The translations under genes were made by a program, and so were the position numbers. The notes beneath the pieces were generated by a model. The model did no database searches. It had not been told where the DNA came from and was given only the letters and a program-made list of their open reading frames with translations. DNA of 35,580 bases from Synechococcus sp. Lineage in GTDB: Bacteria > Cyanobacteriota > Cyanobacteriia > Thermostichales > PCC-7336. Position 1 is the first letter of the stretch; the number at the start of each line of letters is the position of its first letter. Shown piece after piece: positions 1-8,467 of this stretch. The stretch is taken from the NCBI GenBank assembly GCA_051439425.1, contig JBFRWD010000031.1:1-35580 (forward strand), read 5' to 3'.

Positions 1-23
1 ATATAGCGCTTAACGCTTGCAAA

Positions 24-182
24 TCAAGAGCGCGTCTCTTCGTGGACAACCTTGACGCGGCTGCGGAGACGGTCAATCGTGCGACCCAACCGCTTTTGCT
101 TCAGGTGCTTGCGATCGAGCTGCTGAATATCCTAAGCATAGTAATCTCGAATGGCTATATCAACTGCGGTAGCATGCGCCAT
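24..182 (-). pseudogene. Small basic ORF (53 codons including the final stop) interrupted by an in-frame TAG at codon 17; pseudogene, sequencing error, readthrough candidate or 16-aa peptide
   Basis: Manual translation of the minus strand: GAGG, 7-nt spacer, ATG(182), then MAHATAVDIAIRDYYA*DIQQLDRKHLKQKRLGRTIDRLRSRVKVVHEETRS-TGA(24-26). The TAG is at 132-134. No family recognised. Confidence 0.35.
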
Positions 183-467
183 AACGGAACCTCTAGCTAA
201 CTAGGCAAATAAAGTTCGACATCGGAAAACAATGACTGGCAAGTGACCCCAAGCGCTGAAATCAACCCGCATGTAGCGACTTGCCTGCCCACAACAAAAT
301 GAGACAAACATTTTCATGAGCCGCCAAGACATGCTGAGCTAAATCTCAGATCAAAGAGCTAAGCTCTTCAAGTTCGCCGCTCCGGCTGCCAATTCACATG
401 GCAAACCGAGGACTGTGGCCCAAAACTCTGGACATTGGCCAAAGAGCAGGACAAATCACCAGCAAGC

Positions 468-483
468 TGTAACTGTTGATACA
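468..483. promoter_or_regulatory. NtcA-type binding palindrome
   Basis: TGTA-ACTGTTGA-TACA is a perfect GTA-N8-TAC with T/A flanks in an intergenic region. No canonical -10 box at the class II activator spacing was seen. Confidence 0.5.
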
Positions 484-772
484 ATTCTACCCACTAATTG
501 TTATGGATCCCAAATCTAAAACCCTAAGGAATTGTTAGGATTTAGAAATTTTTCGAACAATCGCTACACAAACCTTGAAGAATCACCCCGCTCTCTCTAC
601 CCCTGACACCTAATGACGCCGCGGGTGGCATAAACCCCCATCAGAGTGGAAGGAAGCACATCCACAATCGGGCAAACAACTCTATTCACTGAGATTTTGA
701 GTACGCGACAAGCCCCTGAAACGTATTCATCAAGTCAGCACGAACAATCGACTGACGGCAATCAGCTCGATA

Positions 773-1291
773 TTAAGTGCTGCCAGTCTTGGTAAACGGA
801 TACACCTGATAGTCAGGATTGGAAGGGGGGCGGTTGAAGCCATCGCGAAACAGCTGGTAGTCGACCGCTAGTTTGCGATACACCCACCAACTGGGCCGAT
901 CGCAGTATTTTGCGCGATATATGGCCATTTGCCGCTCGCCAAATCCCGGATCGTTGCGATCTGCGGAAATTCTATTTACGATCCACAACTGCATTTGCAT
1001 GAGTGCCATGCGGCAGTACCAATCATCGGTTTGATCGGGCATTTGATAGGCCAACTTCTGCAAGAGCAGTGATGTCAACTGGATGTCGTCATTCAGCAAC
1101 TTCACTAACTGTTCGTAATGGCTGAGGACTTCGGATGTCTGTCCCGATTGCTGGGTGGGTCTAGAGCCCGCAACATGATGTTGGTACCATTGCCTAGCTC
1201 TAACTAACAGGGGCCAAACACAGTACAGCAAGACAATGGCTGCCAGGAGGCGAACCACTAACGTCATTAACTGCTCGCCACCAATCTGCAT
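773..1291 (-). CDS. Hypothetical membrane-anchored protein
   Basis: 172-aa ORF (alternative ATG at 1267). It has an N-terminal hydrophobic helix LVVRLLAAIVLLYCVWPLLV and two degenerate helical repeats ending PDQTDDWY and CDRPSWWV. Confidence 0.7.
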   Translation of the reverse strand: MQIGGEQLMTLVVRLLAAIVLLYCVWPLLVRARQWYQHHVAGSRPTQQSGQTSEVLSHYEQLVKLLNDDIQLTSLLLQKLAYQMPDQTDDWYCRMALMQMQLWIVNRISADRNDPGFGERQMAIYRAKYCDRPSWWVYRKLAVDYQLFRDGFNRPPSNPDYQVYPFTKTGST

Positions 1292-1742
1292 GAATCAACC
1301 GTGCACGAATCTGCCAGAAAGCCTTTAACCAGTCCTCAACGATTGCTCAAAGAACGCAGTTGCTCGCACACTATCTGGAAAAACAGTGGAAATACGATGC
1401 ACTTGGCTAAGTCGCTGTAGGTACTGTCACCCAACTATTATCGCTGGAATGACGTAGACGATCGTTATTAAAGACAAGAAGCTCTTAGCTTTCTCATTGA
1501 TTTTTCAAGTGTGTGGGTTGCCTATGGTGTCTTGTGAGACAAAAATCGCCCGAGGCAGTAAATTGTAGCAACTCGAATGCAACGATCGCGTCGCAGAATA
1601 CTTTTCCGTGCATGATTCGAACCATACAGCTCAGACCGATGGTAGAGAGTACAATCGCGAACACATTTCCCTATATCTTTTGGCCAAGCATGGTTGATAG
1701 GGCTACTGTTCGCTGCAGAACGACACAATTGCAGAGCAACAG

Positions 1743-2459
1743 ATGGCATTAGGCAAGCTATGGGGAGTGAGCGTTGGGCCGGGAAATCCGGACTGGATAA
1801 CGGTACAAGGTATTCGTGCGATCCAATCCGTCGGGGCAATCGCTTGTCCTCAAGATCGCAACGGAGATCCCGGTATGGCATATCGGATTGCGCAGCAGCA
1901 TGTGGGCGATCGCCCTGTCCTTAGCCTAGATTTACCGTTCGTGACAGATACCACCACACTGGAGAACGCATGGCGCAGCGCTGCGAATCGTATCTTGCCA
2001 ATACTCCGACAGGGCCGCGACGTTACATTCATGTCCGAAGGAGATGCCAGTTTCTTCAGCACGTTTACTTATTTGGCCCGAGCCGTTCAGCATCAAGAGC
2101 CAAGTCTCGACATACAAGTCTTGCCTGGGGTTTGCTCCCCATTGGCAGCAGCAGCAGCGTTGAAAATTCCGCTATCGGTGTGGGAGGAAGGTGTAGCGAT
2201 CCTGCCTGCGATGCATCGCATCAATGAACTAGATGGGATTTTGAGTTGGGCCGATGTCGTGGTGCTAATGAAGCTGTCATCGGTCTTCGATCGCATTTAC
2301 GACACCTTAGAACGACGCAACCTCCTGGAGAGAACTGGCTTAGTGGAATGGCTAGGCTGGCCTCAACAACAAGTCTTCCATTCCCTCATAGGAATGCAGG
2401 ATTATCGTCCGCCCTACTTTTCCATTGCAATTGTGCAAGTCAACAACAGACGAGCATGA
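1743..2459 (+). CDS. cobI: Precorrin-2 C20-methyltransferase (CobI/CbiL)
   Basis: Tetrapyrrole methylase motifs GKLWGVSVGPGNPDWIT, SEGDASFFSTF, VLPGVCSPLAAAA, VVLMK and C-terminal PYFS. Confidence 0.92.
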   Translation: MALGKLWGVSVGPGNPDWITVQGIRAIQSVGAIACPQDRNGDPGMAYRIAQQHVGDRPVLSLDLPFVTDTTTLENAWRSAANRILPILRQGRDVTFMSEGDASFFSTFTYLARAVQHQEPSLDIQVLPGVCSPLAAAAALKIPLSVWEEGVAILPAMHRINELDGILSWADVVVLMKLSSVFDRIYDTLERRNLLERTGLVEWLGWPQQQVFHSLIGMQDYRPPYFSIAIVQVNNRRA

Positions 2460-2571
2460 ACGGCAGTCTAGGGTGGCTATGGTCGTCAACAAACCAAGCC
2501 GCAGAGTTTTAGGGCAGGTGCTCGTTCACTGCTAAAAGATCGCCACCTCTCGAACGGATGGCCAGAGAGGG

Positions 2572-3201
2572 TTATGACACATCACTAGCAACCTGTAGGA
2601 ACGGTAAATTTGTTTCGGCTGGTGATAGCTTGATGTGAGACATACCTTGTTTAGTCAGGGTTTCAATTGCTGCCGCCCGAATGCGATAGGGCCAGATGAG
2701 AAATTTCGTGTTGATATAGTCCGTTCCGGTGCGAGCTAGGCTGACATGCTCGGTTGTCATCATGGCACGAGGGCCGCGCAGGATCGTCGCTTCTGCTTGA
2801 CGAATCCGATGAAACAACTGACTGAAGGGTTCTTGGGGGCGCTGGACAAACACCACGATCGCCACATCGCAGGGGTTGTAATAATTGCCATCACCACACA
2901 GCAGCATGGCTTCGCTACACAGCACCTCCGTTGTATTGGTTTCCTCAAACGCCAACACTGGATAGAGAAACGGTCGAATTTGCTCCACTTGCCAGGAACT
3001 GACCGTGTGACTATTGCTGCTGCCTCGCACCCAACTGGAAACGGGCGGCAAAACTGCTTCGCTCAGCAACCGGTAAACGTACTGTGGTCGCCCTAACCAA
3101 CACAAAGCATCTTCATAAAATTGCTGCGACGCAGCCCGCTCCATATCTTGCAGCGAACTAGATGAGGCCAGCGATTGAATATCTGGGTCGCGATCGTTCA
3201 A
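2572..3201 (-). CDS. Hypothetical protein
   Basis: 209-aa ORF filling the gap between cobI and the DUF362 gene. The start is uncertain (TTG at 3201 or the internal ATG of MERAAS). No family recognised with confidence. Confidence 0.6.
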   Translation of the reverse strand: MNDRDPDIQSLASSSSLQDMERAASQQFYEDALCWLGRPQYVYRLLSEAVLPPVSSWVRGSSNSHTVSSWQVEQIRPFLYPVLAFEETNTTEVLCSEAMLLCGDGNYYNPCDVAIVVFVQRPQEPFSQLFHRIRQAEATILRGPRAMMTTEHVSLARTGTDYINTKFLIWPYRIRAAAIETLTKQGMSHIKLSPAETNLPFLQVASDVS

Positions 3202-3447
3202 AACCAGCTCCAGTCAGAAGCTTTAGCTTGCCCGATTCACACCAGAGTGCTGCGGAATAGCGCCCAAGTACAGCCATCGGCAATCCACTATGGAGACTTC
3301 CCGCACTACGTTTCCTTAACAATCAAGTATTGTCACGGCCTCAACCCTCCAGACCTGACAGCGGATTGCCATGTCTGGACGGAGGCACTTGCGGGACAGT
3401 TTGGAATCCCAATACAAGTTTCCAACATCCAAGAATCTCACTCATGC

Positions 3448-4437
3448 TCAAGCACGCCGCTTGGACAAACTGCGCGCTTCCGACCACAGAGTGAGCACGT
3501 GCTTCAGGGTCGATCGCAGAACGCGAGGGGCACCAAAGTCAATCGGCATAATGCGATCGGGCAAGCGCCAATCGTCCACCTGCAGATCGCGCCAATCAGC
3601 CCCTGTAATATCTAGGGTGTCCATCTTCGGCATCACCCCCAACTCACGACCGGCTAAGTAAATCGGCACCGTCTGAGGGTCAACCTGCAACAGCTCTAAG
3701 AGCAAGCGATCCAGCGCAAAAACGTTATCCGATGCCGCCAATATCCCTAACTGACGAGGCACACCTCCGCTGGGGCCGTTGCCTTCATGACCTACAATGC
3801 CATCCACAATCGACAGTTGAGGAGCGATCGCCAGAGCCGTCTCCACCAACATTGAGGCAAAGCGAATCTTGTCCTTCCCCGCCTCCATATGCCACCACGC
3901 CTTCATCTTGCCGGGAACGCAGCCAAATAAATTTTTCACCGCTAGCGTCACCGTCAGTTGAACGTGGGATTTCACTTTCGGCAGATTAATCACTACATCC
4001 GCCCCCAACGCCTCGCGGCTCAGGCGCAAATGGGCAAACTGGCGATCGTCTGGCGCATGAAATCGCTGGCCTTTGAATTCAACAATCTCAATCCCGAGCT
4101 CGTCGCACAGCGGAACCAAACCATTCTTTGAGGCCACACCAAACGCACTCCCAAACGCCGGGCTATCCCCAATAAAGGGACGTCCACCAGCCTCCAACAC
4201 CGCCTCGGCCACCACACGTACCACTTCGGGTCGAGTCGTACATTCATTTTCAGGACGAACCCCAGTCAAAAGGTTGGGCTTGAGGAGGACGCGCGGACAA
4301 TCCCGATCGCTTGCAGACTGCAAAACCCCAGCCATCCCCCCCCAAGGCTCTAACAATCGGGTCAAGGACTGGCGCAGGACATCTAAGTTATATGACGAAG
4401 CCTGCTGCAGACTGACCAAAGAACGGGGGCTAGGCAC
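3448..4437 (-). CDS. DUF362 domain-containing protein
   Basis: Motifs VLLKPNLL, TTRPEVV, IGDSP, VINLPKVKSH, TLAVKNLFGCVPG and IVDGIVGHEGNGPSGG. Its GTG start directly follows the ccs1 stop (TAA-GTG). Confidence 0.88.
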   Translation of the reverse strand: MPSPRSLVSLQQASSYNLDVLRQSLTRLLEPWGGMAGVLQSASDRDCPRVLLKPNLLTGVRPENECTTRPEVVRVVAEAVLEAGGRPFIGDSPAFGSAFGVASKNGLVPLCDELGIEIVEFKGQRFHAPDDRQFAHLRLSREALGADVVINLPKVKSHVQLTVTLAVKNLFGCVPGKMKAWWHMEAGKDKIRFASMLVETALAIAPQLSIVDGIVGHEGNGPSGGVPRQLGILAASDNVFALDRLLLELLQVDPQTVPIYLAGRELGVMPKMDTLDITGADWRDLQVDDWRLPDRIMPIDFGAPRVLRSTLKHVLTLWSEARSLSKRRA

Positions 4438-5799
4438 TTAAGACTCCTGAGCAATCGCAACGGTGGAACTGTCTGCATTCAATGTATCGGTAGATGCGGG
4501 AGAGAGGCGATCGAGTAATCGACAAAATTCCCGTTCAAACGTTACCAACGCCCGATTGGTTTTACCTCCGACATACAGGTTTGAATCCACCTGTAATGCC
4601 CAGATCTGGCTGTGACTGACATAGCTCATCATGACCCCCAGCATCAATAACCCAAACCCGGCATACACCAAAGGAATCCCCGGATCGGACTTAATTTGCA
4701 GGCCAGTGGCCCCAATCAGATCGTCGAGATAAATGGTCTGACCATCTACCTGTATGCTGCCCCCCGCCCGTACGGGGCCAACCAAATTGCCGTCTTTGCC
4801 ATACACAAGAGCTGTCCCTTGAAAGTCAGGCACGAGCATGGTTAACCCTTCAGACATATCTGGCTTCGTCGGAACGAAGGTGCCCCATAATTTATTGCCC
4901 CCAGGCTGGCGCAGCGGCTGGAGCGGCAGTCGAAAGGTCGGACTGCGATTGATGCGCACCACCACCGAATCAACACTCCAATCCGCCTGGTATAGCGTGG
5001 CTCCTTTATATTTCAGGGGCTGATTGACAAAGATCGTCTTGCGCTCGGCCTCTTTTCCACCATCGATGACCGAGAGGTCGGAATAAAATTGCTTAACGCG
5101 ACCGTCATCGGCATAGTCAATCCAGAACCGATTCACCGTCAACTGCCAATCCGGCAATTTGCGGGCCAAGCTACCCACTTCGATCGCATTGCGAATGGAA
5201 GCAGTTGTGCCCGCCGGAATCATCTCCTGCACTTTGTAGCCAGAGAGCGACCCCCAAATAGCCCCTGCCAGTACCAGTAGCATGCTGGCATGTACGACAA
5301 TCGGACCGATTTTGCCAGCAATCCCTTTACGGGCATACAGCTTGTTGCCCTCGCGAAACGTTAGGTAGCGCTGTTGCTGCAGAGCGGCTTCGAACTCGTC
5401 CAACCCACCATTTGGGAGAGAAGCACTGAGGGCAAATTTCTTAAATGACTCGGGGCGCTTGTAATAACTCCAGCGACGCGCCACTTTCAGCATGGGCCAC
5501 TGCCGAGTCACCGTACAGGCCGCCAAACTAGCACCAAACAGAACTAAGAGGGCCAGAAACCATGTGGCTTGATAAACGCGGTTGAGGCTGAGCGCCAGGA
5601 GTACTTTCCAAGTTAAAAATCCGAATCGAGCCGGAGACTCGGGATAATTGGCCTGATAGTACTGAACCGTTTCCCCCTGCTCTACAAACGTTCCCGTGGC
5701 ACAGGCGATCGCAATAATCAACAACAACACAATAGCCAGCCGCAGGTTAGCCAATACAGGCAACAAGTCGCGACGGAAGTAGCGGGAAATAGCCTTCAT
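4438..5799 (-). CDS. ccs1: Cytochrome c biogenesis protein Ccs1/CcsB (ResB-like)
   Basis: LANLRLAIVLLLIIA..GTFVEQ, YYQANYP, GPIVVHASM (conserved His), QFYSDLSV, VNQPLKYKG and LQIKSDPGIPLVYAGF. Confidence 0.93.
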   Translation of the reverse strand: MKAISRYFRRDLLPVLANLRLAIVLLLIIAIACATGTFVEQGETVQYYQANYPESPARFGFLTWKVLLALSLNRVYQATWFLALLVLFGASLAACTVTRQWPMLKVARRWSYYKRPESFKKFALSASLPNGGLDEFEAALQQQRYLTFREGNKLYARKGIAGKIGPIVVHASMLLVLAGAIWGSLSGYKVQEMIPAGTTASIRNAIEVGSLARKLPDWQLTVNRFWIDYADDGRVKQFYSDLSVIDGGKEAERKTIFVNQPLKYKGATLYQADWSVDSVVVRINRSPTFRLPLQPLRQPGGNKLWGTFVPTKPDMSEGLTMLVPDFQGTALVYGKDGNLVGPVRAGGSIQVDGQTIYLDDLIGATGLQIKSDPGIPLVYAGFGLLMLGVMMSYVSHSQIWALQVDSNLYVGGKTNRALVTFEREFCRLLDRLSPASTDTLNADSSTVAIAQES

Positions 5800-5940
5800 A
5801 AATGCAACGTTGGAGGTTCAGACATACAGCAGCAGGCGGCCCCCTGCAAGCCAATAAACTGCGGGACCCCGAGCTGCTAACTATATCTATTGTCTGACAA
5901 AACTCGATTTAGCGTCGCTGACAAACCGTCGTGGTTGTTC

Positions 5941-6011
5941 TCATTGGTCTTTCGTCCTCTGTCCTTCGTCATTTGTTGGAAAACAGAAAACAATGTCCAA
6001 TGACCAAGGAC
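5941..6011. repeat. Degenerate heptamer (STRR-like) tandem repeats arranged as inverted arms
   Basis: TCATTGG TCTTTCG TCCTCTG TCCTTCG TCATTTG (5941-5975) faces CAATGTC CAATGAC CAAGGAC (5991-6011), just downstream of the lysS stop. Confidence 0.6.
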
Positions 6012-6033
6012 CCGCGATCGATGACCCACAAAC

Positions 6034-7602
6034 CTACTCCCCAGCCCCAGGTCGCAGCAACGGAAACGCAATCACATCCCGAATACTCGCCGAATCCGTC
6101 AGCAACATACAGAGGCGATCGATCCCGATTCCCAACCCCATAGTGGGGGGTAACCCGTATTCGATCGCCGTCAAAAAGTCCTCATCCAGAAAATGCGCTT
6201 CTTCATTGCCCGCAGCCTTCTGAGCCGCCTGATCCTCCAGACGTGCTCGCTGATCCAGCGGGTCGTTCAACTCAGAATAACCATTCGCGGTCTCACGACC
6301 GACAATAAACAGCTCAAATCGTTCCACCAAACCCGGCTTCGAGCGATGAGCCCGTGCCAACGGTGAATTCTCGACCGGATAATCCATCACGAACGTGGGT
6401 TGCCGTAGCTTTTCCTCGCAACAATCCTCAAATGCCTTGACCAACAACACCCCCAAACTATTGCAGTCCTCCGCCCCCTTGACGTTCAAATCTGCCAGCG
6501 CTTGTTTCGCTGCCGCCAGCCCTCCTGCTTTCGGTAGCGCGGAAAAGGATTCAAAGTCAACTCCAGTCTCCTCTTTCACCAAGTCATGCATCGTCACCCG
6601 CCGCCAGGGAGGTGTCAGATCGATGTCTTCCCCTTGGTACGTTAATTGGGTGGTGCCCAACGCAGCTTCCGAAGCATTCACAATAATGGTCTCCGTTAGA
6701 GCCATCATGTCGTGATAGTCGCCATAGGCTTGATACACTTCCACCGAAGTGAACTCGGGATTGTGGCGGGTAGAAATCCCTTCATTGCGGAAAATACGGC
6801 CCAGTTCAAAAACCTTTTCTAAACCACCGACCACCAATCGCTTGAGATGCAATTCAGTGGCAATCCGCAGAAACAGTTCCAAATCAAGGGCATTGTGATG
6901 GGTTGAAAACGGGCGAGCCTCTGCACCACCAGCTCCCGACTGCAGCACTGGAGTTTCAATTTCGAGAAAATCCAAATCCTCCAGCGTTCGACGAATGGTG
7001 CGCACAATTTTGGCCCGTTGTTGGAAGGTTTGCCGCACCTCAGGATTCACCATTAAATCCACATAGCGCTGGCGATAGCGCTTTTCCACATCCTTGAGAC
7101 CGTGGTACTTATCGGGCAGTGGCAACAGCGATTTACTCAAGATTTCATACTCGTCTACCGCCACCGACAATTCACCTTTGTCCGTGCGCTTGATGGTGCC
7201 GCGTACTCCCAGCCAATCTCCGGCATCTGTCAGCTTTTTCAGAGTATTAAATGCCCCCTCCCCCATGCCGGCAGTGATGCGCTTCTTATCGAGGTAAAGC
7301 TGAATCGTTCCCGAGACATCTTGCAGCGTGAAAAAGGCTAGTTTGCCAAATACGCGCCGCAGCATGATACGACCGGCGATCGCCACGTGCTCATCCACCT
7401 CGGCCCCCGCCTCTAACTCCACATAGGAATCCTGCAATGCTTGGGCCATATGGGTGCGATCGAACTTGTACGCATAGGGCTCGATATCGGCAGACCGTAA
7501 TTGCTGTACCTTCTCGATGCGGGCAGCCTTCAATGCATCGATATCTTCCAGCTGACCGGTGTCAGTTTGGACGGGCTTGGAGGTAGCAGGTTGGGTGGAC
7601 AT
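6034..7602 (-). CDS. lysS: Lysine--tRNA ligase (class II)
   Basis: OB-fold [47 protein letters not shown], motif 2 [14 protein letters not shown] and motif 3 [12 protein letters not shown] at 7602 is preferred over the upstream TTG at 7629. Confidence 0.97.
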   Translation of the reverse strand: MSTQPATSKPVQTDTGQLEDIDALKAARIEKVQQLRSADIEPYAYKFDRTHMAQALQDSYVELEAGAEVDEHVAIAGRIMLRRVFGKLAFFTLQDVSGTIQLYLDKKRITAGMGEGAFNTLKKLTDAGDWLGVRGTIKRTDKGELSVAVDEYEILSKSLLPLPDKYHGLKDVEKRYRQRYVDLMVNPEVRQTFQQRAKIVRTIRRTLEDLDFLEIETPVLQSGAGGAEARPFSTHHNALDLELFLRIATELHLKRLVVGGLEKVFELGRIFRNEGISTRHNPEFTSVEVYQAYGDYHDMMALTETIIVNASEAALGTTQLTYQGEDIDLTPPWRRVTMHDLVKEETGVDFESFSALPKAGGLAAAKQALADLNVKGAEDCNSLGVLLVKAFEDCCEEKLRQPTFVMDYPVENSPLARAHRSKPGLVERFELFIVGRETANGYSELNDPLDQRARLEDQAAQKAAGNEEAHFLDEDFLTAIEYGLPPTMGLGIGIDRLCMLLTDSASIRDVIAFPLLRPGAGE

Positions 7603-8249
7603 GTTTGACGGTGCGTGTGAAACCTTCAACAGTCTAGGGGACGAGGGGCATGGCTTCCACTCTTGGTGACGATCTGACAGTCTCTCCCATCACCCTGAGA
7701 ATGTTGGTCCAACCACAGCAGAGTTGCAGCATCCTGAGTTCGATAGCCCCATCCCCAACCGTTTGATTGTGGTGTGAAAGAAAGAAATACCCAACTCTAG
7801 TGGTTCAATCGAACTGACGTTCCAGCACCAATTCACATACCCGCAATATCCGTAAGATTCGGGGCATGTGTAGAACGTTCGACCAGACTTCCACGCAGGC
7901 ATGCGACAAACGACGAGCCAATCAATACTCCGTAAGACTGCTACTGACGATTCGGCGCCGCAGCTCCCTCTCTCTCCTCGATCCACTACTATGACTGACC
8001 TCTGAGCAAAATCGGCTCCATCATGGTGGCTCTCTCTGGCGTGTCGCATCTGCCTCAACCCATGCACATTGAAGACCGCGGACCTCTGGATATATACCCA
8101 AACACGAATCTGTAAAACTACTGGCAATAGTGTATGTACTGTGGTTGCGCCAAATTTCAGCGTGGCATCGTAAATTACTGGGTTCCCGCGTCTATCCAAG
8201 TCCGCATCGCTCGCTAGCGATTGCAAGAGTTGGTACCACAGACATTCAG

Positions 8250-8281
8250 ATGACCGAGGAGATCAAATGACCAAGGAGATC
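8250..8281 (+). repeat. 15-nt direct repeat with 17-nt period
   Basis: ATGACCGAGGAGATC (8250-8264) and ATGACCAAGGAGATC (8267-8281), one mismatch. Confidence 0.65.
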
Positions 8282-8467
8282 GTTCGCTGACAGCGATTGA
8301 GCCAGCCCGAGGCACGTTCATTCTGTTGCTCTCAGCCGTCGCTAGGTAGAGACAACCTGAACATTGGCATGCCCGACGTGCTATTGGGAGAATCGTCTAT
8401 CCCATATCGCTATGTCATCGCAACCCATCCGGCACTTCGAGACTCTGTACTTGACTGACTAAATCTC

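Noticed and set aside
1..25. ATATAGCGCTT at the window start resembles the TA-TAGC start of an IS630 terminal repeat
   Set aside because: Only 7 nt match the IS end at about 35453, and there is no partner repeat or transposase.
400..770. Two GGCAAAC-containing segments (about 400 and 670) reminiscent of c-di-GMP-I riboswitches
   Set aside because: They lack the GAAA-tetraloop stem and the GACGCAAAGC/P2 consensus, and no plus-strand gene follows.
1292..1742. Possible cobalamin riboswitch upstream of cobI (also sought upstream of the HupE remnant at 15945-16200)
   Set aside because: No B12-box or GGGAA...GCAACTGT-type core was visible in either region.
7690..8226. 178-aa minus-strand ORF
   Set aside because: TTG start, no motif, atypical composition; the region is better explained as divergent promoter DNA. 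It cannot be fully excluded.
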